Shown here piece after piece: positions 12,801-24,800 of a stretch of DNA of 64,000 nt; within the stretch, counting starts at the first letter, position 1, and every line of letters begins with the position of its first letter. The notes beneath the pieces were generated by a model, which saw nothing but the letters and a program-made list of their open reading frames with translations, was not told the DNA's origin and did no database searches. This DNA comes from Perna viridis. Lineage: Eukaryota. The stretch is taken from positions 45,731,626-45,795,625 of the forward strand of contig CM074516.1 of the NCBI GenBank assembly GCA_037379345.1, written 5' to 3'. The position numbers and the translations under genes were made by a program.

Positions 12801-15800
12801 TGACATTTTCCCTTATCAATTCATTCACACCCACATAAGATATAAATTTAAGAGATGTTTATATTTGAATTTATTTTTTACTTGTATGTCTGGTATCACA
12901 CATTTAGCAATCAAATAAAAATTGAGATGCTAGTTGTCTTAGTTGAATGCATAATGAAAATCATGCAAAATTATTTACCTTTTAAGCTCATCTGGCAGAA
13001 AAGGCCAAGTGAACTTCTTTCATTGCTTGTTGTCTGTCCCCATTGTGTGATGTCTGTCTTTAACTTTTCCTTCAAAATCTTCTCTGAAAGATTGAACAGA
13101 ATTTGATAAAGCTTAGCAACAATCATAGGGGTATTACCATATTTTTTTGTTTATATCTCAAAAATCATTACAGATAGAAGAAATCTGAGACATTAAGAAT
13201 CTAACACTGCTGAGAGTGCAAAACAGAGAAATCTCAGACGTCCGAGATTTGAAGTTCTCCAGCAAGGTTTTGCTGAGTTCATTGAAATCTTACCAGAGGG
13301 TGTCTGACATTTCTGTATTGTATTTTCTAGCGATGTTTGATTCTTTTTCTCACTTTTAAAGTGAATTTTTTATTAGTATGCCAAATTAGAGCCCAATGAT
13401 TACCTAAATTGCTTTGAATTTACAGGACATCATAAAACTTTTGTTGTGATATGTTTTATCTCTCCCGTGGGTGAGAAAAGGATGTCTCACATGGATGAAA
13501 ATTGGAATATGCTTACCTCTGTAATGAGAAGTCTTGGACTTGAAAAGATCTATAATCAATTTACCAATTTTGAAGTTATGGCCCTCTTATCCTGATTTTA
13601 CCTTCTTTTGAATTTTTTGGTTATTTATTTGGAAAAGAAAACAGCTAGCTGCACAATTCAAACTGTATTATCATAATAAAGACAAGATCCATCAATGGTG
13701 CAAATTTCAGGAAAAATCAGTAGCTTATTCTTGGAGTAAAAGCCCCTGAATGTGTCATTTTTAACATTTTTCCAGTTTTGCTCGTTATTTAGAGAACAAA
13801 AGCAGTTGATGATAAATGTAATTTGGTAAAATGTTCAGTATTTCAATGTCTATTTTTGGTGCATATTTCAGAAAAATCTGTTGACCTCTCTTGCAGTTAT
13901 GACCTTTTAAAGTGTTATTTTTGACACTTTTATCAGTTTTTGCCTGTTATTCAGAAAACAAAGTCAGATTGATAATTAATGTGAATTGGCAAAATGTTTA
14001 GTATTTCATTAACTATTTTTGGTACAAATTTTAGAAAAAATCTCTTGACACTTCTTAGTGTCATTTTTGCCTATTTTATGCTTGTATACAACTTTTTAAA
14101 GTTTTTTAAACCATGTGAACGATTCATGCTTTTGAGAGCCTCTTGTTTCCCTCAAAAACAAATAGTTAAATGCACTACAACATCAGACACATGTAATGAT
14201 AAGAAATACATGTATTCTGAATCAAGGGTCCGAAAATTTTGGCAGCCCATGCCGGTCATTTTATCAAACTTCAGTAGATATTTGTGTCAGTCTTTTACAT
14301 GCTTAGATTGAAAATAAACTTTAAGAAAAAAAATATGTAGTTATTTATGATAAATACTTGAATTTGTATTATTTCATCACATACTCTGTCTTTTACAAAA
14401 TGTCAGAACGAGTGAACGATTTCCGTTTCAATCACACATGGATGTTCTAACATGTAAACAAAACATCGTATCTCTTGGACTTTTTCATCACATCCACAAA
14501 GAGCCAAAAACTTCCGAGTGATGAAAAAAAGTTGATTATTTATATAAGAAAATCATGTATATACATTTTGTATATTGATTTAAATGGTCTGTTGACTTCT
14601 GTGTTAAACAGATTCTATCGATAAATTAATAATTACAAACTACGACGGATTCGTAGTTCTAGGACCATGTGCTTTTGTTACCTCTGAAAGATCGGCGGCA
14701 AAATGATGGACTTGTCATCTTTTTCTTAATAAATCAAGTAATAAATATTTATATATGCGAAGGGGCTGCATATGTACTGTTAATTCACATATGCAATCTA
14801 CTAATCAGTTACAGGTAAATCACAGTCACAGGTGGCTGCACATCGGATAAAATTGACACACATCTGTCAATTAATTTCCAATAAACAATTAGGAGACAGG
14901 TAGAGAGGATGTTTATACACTATTAAAACCATGCCGACTGTAAATTATAAGGGTTGACAATTTTCTATGTCTGATATTGGAAAATGGTTGTCGGCCATTT
15001 GCAAAATTTGTCTGTCAATGACCCTTGTCCTGAATCCTTGTTTCACTTTACATATTATATTCCATTTTCATAGCAACAACAACAGTCCACAGCATCTGAA
15101 GCATTGGAATGTTTGGCCAACACAAGTCCTGACCATTTACAAGTACTGACATCCCTTAGATGTCTGATCAGAATGAGTTTATCAGATTCTCAGGAGAAAA
15201 GGTACTGCCACACAAAATCTTCTAGAAAAAGTTTTGAACAAATTAAAACCTTTAGATTTATATTATTAGTTAGATGATGATTTCTTATGGCTGATGGTTG
15301 TAATATATGCCCTATGGAATATAAAGTAGGAGTGTCATTGAAGTGTGTTAAGAGAAGTTGTTTTAAACAAAGTGATTTCTCTGAATACATTAATGTGATA
15401 TTATTTAAGGAAGGATTATTATATTTTTTCTATCTATGAAGAAATATTGTCAATCACGTGGAGCACACTCGATATTCTGTATAGCACTATTTTTAAGTGT
15501 GCATCTCTGGCATTGAGGTTTTATCAATTAGATCGAAAAATATAACAATCCTTTCCTATAATTTGAATTGAGTATAAAAAAATCAACAAGTATTCCATCA
15601 AAAAAGGTCAATGTCACAGTCGTATTACAAAATTTTGTCTATGAGAGGATGCACAAAATTTGTTTTTTTTTCAATCAGGAAGCTTGTTACATCAGAAATT
15701 GAATGATATATATTCATGTGTGAAGTTAAATATCAGGGTTTGAAATTACTATTGGTCCGCTAGCCCACGTCTAGTAAAATCAGTCACAGTCTTGCAAAAT

Positions 15801-18800
15801 GCTTCATTGTACTGGTCTGGTGGTCTAGAAGAATTTTACGGAAATGTACCCAGAATTAGTAATTTCATAATTCCAGTCTTTAAACGCTTAAGAAATTTGA
15901 GAGGCATATTTCAAACATACGTCGCTATTGATTAATGTCAAGGTAAACCAAGTCGGAACTTCTTAGACTTCCTCATAACACGAAGGTAGGTATTTGAAGT
16001 TCGAGAAATTAATCGAATAGTTCTGAAAGAAAGTAAACAAGTGGCGACACTTTGAAGGGCTATCCAAACCTACCCCTCAATAACGATCCTCCTATGAAAT
16101 AGGGGAACAAAATAAAGTGTATGACTTAACGCAGAGGCGCTGAATGTTTCAGGCTTCAATACAAATTGCAAAAGGAATAGATGTATTGTAAATATTGTCG
16201 TGATACGCTAGTAGGGATGGTGGCGGCTAACTTATTACCGAAACAAAAAACTTAAAGTAGGATACACTTGATTGGCACAAGGAGATTAAACTACACATAA
16301 AGGCTAGTGATATCCAGCATTAGGTTCACTGTTGCAATTAAAATTGTTGTGTCATAGCAAGTTAATCAATTGAAAGTTTGCAGCCTTTCAAGTTCTAAGA
16401 TAATATTTTATATTGTCTTCTAACTTCCAGTGCCCATTAGCTGCCATCATTTCTATACATTTATTTTAAAAATTACCTTCTTAAAAGATCCAGACTTCAA
16501 ATCAATAAAAAAACACAACAAAAATGAATGAAATGCCACTTTTATTAAAAACAAACCACCTTGTGTTATTCAGTTCAGGTTTTGATCAAGGTCTAGTGGC
16601 TTGTTTGCAGGTCTAGGTATTTTTTTTTGTCTACTAGACCTGTCGTCCAGACAGATGTAGACTAATTTTGATCCCTGAATATCCTATGCAGATAATTAGA
16701 AATATGTATTCCCCTGCCTTAAGGTATTGGAGGCATCAAGTACTACTCCTTCCTGTTTATATTGTACAAAATGTAGGTCTTTTCTATAAGTTTTCAATCT
16801 TGACAGTCACCCATCATGTAAGTGATTTAAATGTAAGTGTGCAGCTTCATCTTGATGAGTTTTAGTGAAGGCTTGTCAAGATAGTTGCACTAGGATGATT
16901 TGTTGATTTTTAGGGTGTCTTTTTCAATAAATTTTGGTTGCAAACAATCTTCGCAGCCATTCTATTGGAATTATTTTGCAGCTTCATTTTGATTGGTTGC
17001 ACCATTTGGAAGTGTTTTTTTGTTTTTTTGTTAGTAGGTTTCACGTCATATTCCTGTTTTTCTCAGCAACCCTTTGTTGGAAAGCTTTAAAATTTATTTG
17101 AAGCTTCAGTTTTAAATGAATTAATTATGTTTGCTCGGTACTTTATTAAATTCCTGTTTATTGTTTCTTTGAATTCTAGAAATGATTGGGCATCCATGTC
17201 TTTTGAACACACATCCTCTTGTTTAACTATCGGTAGGAAAGCAAACTACTACATCAATCCATGAAAGTAATTCCATCTAATCTTTAATTTATATCCGTTA
17301 TAACGATTAGAGATTTTCCATCTTTCTAGCCATATCTGTATTTCATACTGATGTTACTTACTGTAACTTTCAGCATTAATATGGAGAAAATTACAAAGCA
17401 CATCAGAACAGGTAGTGTGTTAAAAATTCACTATAACTTAGTTTTTGTTTTATGTTTTTTTGTTGTCTTTGTTAATCATTGATTTTTTGGAAGTTGTTAG
17501 TAGTGCTATATTGCCATTTAAATGAATAATCTGGTTATGACTGACATGTATTTATTTATTTTTTTGCATCTATAAGTGAGCCAGTTTTCNNNNNNNNNNN
17601 NNNNNNNNNNNNNNNNNNNNNNNNNNNNNNNNNNNNNNNNNNNNNNNNNNNNNNNNNNNNNNNNNNNNNNNNNNNNNNNNNNNNNNNNNNNNNNNNNNNN
17701 NNNNNNNNNNNNNNNNNNNNNNNNNNNNNNNNNNNGCTAATCATTGTTTATTCATCTCAATAATTTGAAATCATTTACAAATTTTAGCTAGCAAATTAAG
17801 TATATTTATTAGAGCAAAATTGGCAGGATTTAAATTTCAGGCTATAACAAACTTCTTCAATTGATCGGTGAAAGGAAAGACATGGCTGAACAGCTGAGAA
17901 ATGAAGCTAGCTGGTTTATGAAAATATGTAAGTTTTTAATGTATCTTTGTCATTGATTTCTGTTGTGGTCCATTATGTTATCATCCCACTTCACACATAA
18001 TACTTTCACCCACATTAATGACACTTTTCAATCTCAAGAGTCACAGGATACATGTATATTTCAATCTCAAGAGCAGTGATTTAGCTAGCGCTCGCCATTT
18101 TCGCTATTGACGAATGATTTTCGAAAGTGGCGAATTTTTCTCGTGCACGATTCGTCACTTGATATTTCGCTCCCCCCCCAAAAAAAAATCAGTAAAAAAG
18201 CCTCTGATGTTCCCATGACCCCATAATTGACAACTTTATTACCTTTCCCAAGCCAATTAGGGTTTTACAATGAACAATCATGACTACAATCAAACAATGA
18301 ATTGATTGCATCACCTTTGATCACACCTTGCTTGATCACCTGGTTGAGGCTAATTATCCAGACAAACAAATTAATTAACGGTAATGATTTGTTTGTTGAG
18401 CGCTGTGACACGTTCTCAAAGTGTCATCGTATGTATTTAAAATGGAAAGATGTTTGGATTTTTCAATCACAGTTCGAATCGCAACTATGTCCGCCATTAC
18501 GACTATTTTAGTTCGTCGTCACATGACAACGTACCTAAAGGTCAAAAGTCTAAAAATAAGTCAACTACTACAAAGAGTCGCAGTGATCGACTATTAAAGT
18601 CAAAATTTAAACTAGAGTGGTCAAAGATATTTTGATATGGGTTCCTTTGATTTTAAGAGGGCTTTCACTTTGTGGTGCATGGCTAAGGACAGGAGGTTTA
18701 TGCATTACTGATCAAGTAAACAGTGCTTTACATTCTTAGACACATGCCAACAATAGTAGCTGATGTATATAATTTTTAGATTTTTACACACATGATATGT

Positions 18801-21800
18801 ATGACACAGTAACAAAGTATTTTTTTGCATTTTTTATTCATGAATAGTTGCTAATGTAGAAACTGTATGTTGTTATATATTTTTTATTAATATGAATTAT
18901 CTGTTATTTATATATCAGTGATGACATAGAAATAAACATGTTATTATTTATAATATAGTTGTTCTAAGTATATGTATATACATGCATGCTGATAAATTTG
19001 CAACGCGAAAAGAAAAAACAGTATTGAGATTTAGTCTTATGCAAAAGTGACTAATGGGTTGGAAATCCTGGCTAAATCCCTGCAAGAGTCAAAGGATACA
19101 TGTATATTTCAATCTCAAGAGTCGCAGGATACATGTATATTTCAATCTCAAGAGTCGCAGGATACATGTGTATTTCAATCTCAAGAGTCAAAGGATACAT
19201 GTATATTTCAATCTCTAGAGTCACAGGATACATGTATACTTTTATTTTGTACATGTGAACACTAAAGGTATTTGTTTAATTGATATCAATAACAGAGTTC
19301 TTCAAAATTTCATTATTTGTTGATTTTTATCATGTAAATTTGATATTTCCATTGTAGTTTATTCATGATTTAACAGAACAATGAAGGTACCAAAATTGCA
19401 ATGCACAATCAATATTTCTTCTACAATTCATGTTTATGTTGTAGAAATATTTTAGAGAATTTTTTAATCACAAAAACAACATTTATTTATTTAAGATTTT
19501 GGGATTTTTATACAGTTTATGTTGTTTCACCATATTCTTCTCCTTTGTTTAGCCTGGAATATGGCATTACAGAATGAAGATAACCCACAATGTATGAGAG
19601 ACTTGTTTTCATTGTGTTGTCAGGTATCTGCCCTGTCATGCTCATTTACTTTTGACATCTTTTAGCAGCTTTTATTAACATGTATTTATGCTAGCTATTT
19701 GTACTCAAATTACATTTTACTTATACCCCAACTCACAAGTGGGTGATATTGGAATTACCTTGTTCATCCTTCCATCTGCCCTAATTTCATCTCATTAATC
19801 TTTCAGTAGATAGATTGATTTTAAATTTGGTTTGTTGCTTTATATAGATGGGGCATACATTGTAAGCAATTTGGATGATGTCTGATATCAACTTCCTGTA
19901 CAAGTGGGGGGGGGTGGGTAAGCCTACTACTACAATGTAAGCGGTTGGAATTTCGTTCCTCCATATCCCAACCTCTTACATAACATGGGTGAAGGTGACT
20001 AAATTTGAAGAAAAACGAATGACCTACCTGATAAGGAAGTCCAGCAATCCTGGAAGTCCTTTGTGAAAGCAACTTCTCATTTGGTTTTCAGCATTTTGAA
20101 TAGGTACATCCGGTTAATAAAATCATGGATTTTAATTTGCGAAACAAAATATTAAATTAACCAACAAATTTTCAGTTGTTTTGTCAAAAATATTTGTAGT
20201 TCGTAAAATTAGCGACCTAATTCAAAATGGCTTGTCACTTTGATAACTGTCTTCATTATAACTGTTTTCTAGGTATTTAACAAAAATTAAGGATTTTTAT
20301 CGCTTGATTTCTGGTGGTTTAAACTTCTTTTATGTAAATAAAAGACTTCAAATAATTTAAAGCACATGTTTAGCATATTCACATTTGTGATGGCTTTGAA
20401 CATGTCAGATGCTAGAGGTTAGGATGGCACCAAGTCAGAAAATAGCTTGCCAGACAACCTCTAGCACTGCTCTAGTAGGGGTTAACCTAGCACGGCAAGG
20501 CATGCAATTTCATGTTGATAATGGACAGTTATGCTCTTGCATCACTGATGTCTCGCCCACCTGGAATATGTGACACTTCCTGTAGCACTTGATGTGCATC
20601 TGCTTTACAAAATCAAATAATCACATCCATTCTTCATAAGTCACTTCTTTCAGAAAGATTTTGAGGTATTCATGTTTCACAGAGGATCTACGTGTGTAGG
20701 ATGTCACCGACACTCTCTCCATATTATACCCAAATGGCTAACATTTCTGTCAATTTAAATTTTACACTATCAACCCACATTAAGTACCAAAGAAATTCTT
20801 CTACCCACAGAATTGAGTAAAATTACTATAAAGTCAATTTAGAATGTCATTTAGAATTTTAACACTTAATTTGTTCCACTGAATATTTCTAGTTGTCATC
20901 ACTGTGTGAAGTAGAAAACAACCAGTTAAGCAGACAGAAGACCTGTAGACTGATGGCAGCAGCAGCTAGCCTTCAAGTGGCCAGGACTTCAATAAATCAG
21001 CTGGAACAGGTATAAAATTGAAAAATATTTCAAACTTCAATTTGTTTTAATGCAAACTTTGAAGCACTGAATTCAAATTTGATTTTGGGTGCTACTTTCT
21101 AACACTTTTGTTTTTTCATCTCAGCAGTTGAAATATGATGAATGAGTTCTGCAAAAATTTTAACTTTTCCTAATTTTAAGATTATAATCATGAATAAACT
21201 GGAAAAAAAACTTAGATGTGTTTATACATAAATTGTTCAATAGTTTATATTTTACCGAACTTTTTCCCATGTGTTTCTTCTATCTATTTTTAGAGGAATT
21301 CTTTAGAAGATGCTCTGCATCATGTGGAAGAGTGTAAAAGACTTTGCTGCCAGATACAGAGTAACATTCTATCATCTACAGGTAAACTTAACGTAGACAA
21401 TGATATTCACCTATAGATGTGTAAGGAGTGGATATAGTTTAATGTATCTCCTTGAAAACTGGCATTATTGCTTGAGCTAAAACTTACTATTTTGACCAAA
21501 ATCATTATGTTGTTTTGTTTTGTTTAGTTTTATCTGATTCATACAAGTATAAGAACTTTTTGACAGTCATATGGAACCTCTATACTGTAGAAAACAATCA
21601 TCTCCATATAGTCAAATTCTACTTTTCCAAGTTGAACATTTTAGTAGCCAGTTTTTACAAAGTTAACTTGGCTTTAGACAACATTGATTGTGTAGATGGA
21701 AACAGATTGTAAGAAAATGCCAAAAAAAACTTACAAGAGTTTCAAAATGTTGTCTTACAGCAGTGTTGTCATCACCATTCTGTAACCTAATTGTTGATAT

Positions 21801-24800
21801 AAATGCTTCATGCATATCAAAGAATTACTTCAACTCCTGTATTGAATTTTTAATGAGATTAAACTTCTTCCTCCCTCCAGCCAGTGAAGCTGTTTTAGTA
21901 ACATTAATGTGATGACTTTTTATCAGCAGATATCAAATCTAAAGACACTACAGACATTCTTCTTTTGTTGTATGAATTTGAAGCTAGAGTGAAACTGAAT
22001 GATCATAGAGTGGAAGAGATTTTAGAGAAAGCTTTAAAGCTTCCAAGTCCTGATCCAAAAACATTTGAAACACTGGCAGGTTTGTTGGCTTTATTTTTTA
22101 GTATAATCCTCCTTAGGATAAGTCCCAGTTTTATTGTGTAATTCTGTGTAGGCTTAGGCCCAGTTTTTAGTCTAATCTCTGATGAAAGTTGCTATGCTAT
22201 GACCTATGCTAGGTCAATGTTATTTGGTGTACAGATGCATTTCCACCATTGCCTCACAAATCCATGCCAGTTTTAAGCATATACCCCTGCAGCCTTGGTT
22301 TGTTGACTTAGAAAATTCAATGTTATAAGTTAAACATTAAGGTTTCTTATAGTTCATGTAGACATTTTTATTTAAATTTCATATTTACTTAAATCTCTGC
22401 TATCACTGTGTGATGATATAAAAAACAATTTAATCCCCAGCTACTCACAGTTTTTGCCATTCATAATCACGTTATTTTAAAAAGAATTTTCCACTTTTTT
22501 GATTTGTCAGATATTTGAGTTCCTCACTCCTTTCCTATTTCATAATAATGTAAGCCACCTGCTGGTATCATGTCCATAATACCTGCTGGTGGTCTACCGT
22601 AATGTACATGTTGAACATGTAGCGCTATATCCATATAACTGTTCTATTTAAATAGTTGTATTTGTAGTTTCAATTTTTATGGGTTTATTTTTATAGGTTT
22701 TACTTCTATGTATATATGCACTAGGGTTTTCTGGTATTAGTCTTTGTCCTGTGAGATCGGATTTGGTATGTTTTATTGTGACCATGGATTCCCAATGTTT
22801 TCTGATAATCCAGATATTGCAGATAAGATAGGGCGTTTGTTATTAACTTCAAAACATTTATTATAATAATAATAATGTTCATATATAACGACTATATCAA
22901 CTGTACGAGTGGTGTCCGACATGGTTGGAAATAGCACTGTGCTTTCATGAAGCTGTTTTATTATTCCATTAGACTTACCGCATACATAGAGAATAATATT
23001 AGTGGTGGACTTACAAAATTATTATCTTCCTTAACTTAAGCAAAATCCATATTTGGTATAATTTCCTCACCTAAAGTCTGGAAAGATTTCTGGCAAAAAT
23101 TCTGAATTTGTAAATTGCCGCCTGAAGATGTTTGTTTGTTTGTTTGTTGGGGTTTAATGTCCGAGCAGCAATATTTCAGCTATATTCAGACGATGAACAT
23201 GACATTGATGATAAAATGAACATGAAATGATGATGAAATGAAAAAGGGATGGGACACAAGGACAATGGGGTCGACAAATTTTGAATGCCACTGGAAATAG
23301 GGAGAGATGGGTAGGGTCGGGCAATTTAGCCTCCTGTGGCGGAGCCTTATGGTTCCTACTCCGGGAGAATACCACAGTAGGGTTCTTTTACGTGCGAGGA
23401 ACATGGCATCTTTCCCAACACGGTGCACCACTATGGTTTGCGGTCAGGTTTTCTGTATTATAGCCTGACAACCCCAGCATGTAACATGCCAGGGGTACCC
23501 CATTCCACCACCTGGGGCACACATCCCAGTTGCTCTGTGGGCAGAGCGCCCTAGCCCCCGGCTAGGGTTTTGAGCACAATTTAGTCGCCTTTTACGACTA
23601 GCTTAGCGCTGCTGCAGGCCTATTCTTTTAACACCCGGACCAGGGCGCCGCCTGAAGATACTTTCAGCTATCTGTCATGTTGAAATACTTTCATGTTTAT
23701 ATATGATGGGAATTTGTACCAAGTGACCTAAAGTGACCAGTGGCAGATTGTCCTTTTTGTAGGGGGTGGGATGATTAGACAATGGGATATGCTTAAACAG
23801 CAAAAATAAGTTATGTCAACTTGTCCGCTAACTAACTGTACTTACTAATATATAAATAAAACATTTTTAGTGAAAGTAAAAAAGTGGACAAGTTGTCATA
23901 AAATAAACGATTCAGACACCACTATCATAAATGTGCATAAATACAGCAGACGAAACAACAATGTGGAAGTTTCCCTTGACAAATAGTATCCTCTACTATT
24001 CTTAATAATGAAATCACATTCACATCCAGCAAGGTGCACCTTACATAAAAATGAAAAATGAGACCTTTACAATGAACCTAATGTGATAATTATTTTTTTT
24101 TATTATTTTACATGATAAAATAAAAGAGATTCTTTGATGTTTCACTCCTACCTCCGAAAATGGTGACTGGTTGACACTGAACAAAACAAAGTACGAAAAT
24201 ACTGAATAATAGCCGGTAATCTTAACAAGAAGTGATTTAACATGAATGACTACTCCAAAAATCTTGTGCAGCTACTAATTATTCCTTATAAAGAGTGGCA
24301 TAAGCCTATAAAATGACAAAATCAATGGAAGTGGGTAAATGCAACCATAGTAAACACTGGTTTGACGAATATACAAAAATTAAAATTCCTATGAAATAGC
24401 TTGTGTGCTGGCATGTCAAATACTGCTTGCCTTGTGCCACAAGCATATCAAATATAATAAATTCCTACCCCATCCCTCCATTGAAAAACTATCCTACAAA
24501 GATTAATTTCCCAAGAATAAAAAAAAGTTTCCTACTGTTTCTTACAATATTATATACATTTAGTGATCAAACGTAATTATGTGACCACTTTTTATACCCT
24601 GCCACACGAAGTGGCAAGGTATTTTGTGATGGCCTCCGGGAAAGTTTAGTTGAGTGTTCATTCATCTGTTGCCTGTGCATTATGTAGTGGTAACACAAAA
24701 CTGATGATTCTGTAATAACATATTATTATACAAACCTTGAAAGCAACACAAAATATTTAACGAACATACTATTATATTGACAACATTGAACAGGCAAGAC

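Noticed and set aside
17590-17735. Possible hidden TEX11 exon in the N gap
   Set aside because: Flanking exons join in phase and the peptide is collinear with TEX11.
19047-19265. (QSQESQDTCIF)n ORF and its antisense
   Set aside because: Translation of the 33-bp minisatellite in an intron; no splice support.
23154-23463. Three overlapping 60-81 aa ORFs
   Set aside because: A by-product of the higher GC content of the SINE-like element.
23130-23646. Hammerhead, twister or HDV ribozyme in the SINE-like element
   Set aside because: I could not find the catalytic core motifs (e.g. CUGANGA...GAAA) by eye; left as a test rather than a call.
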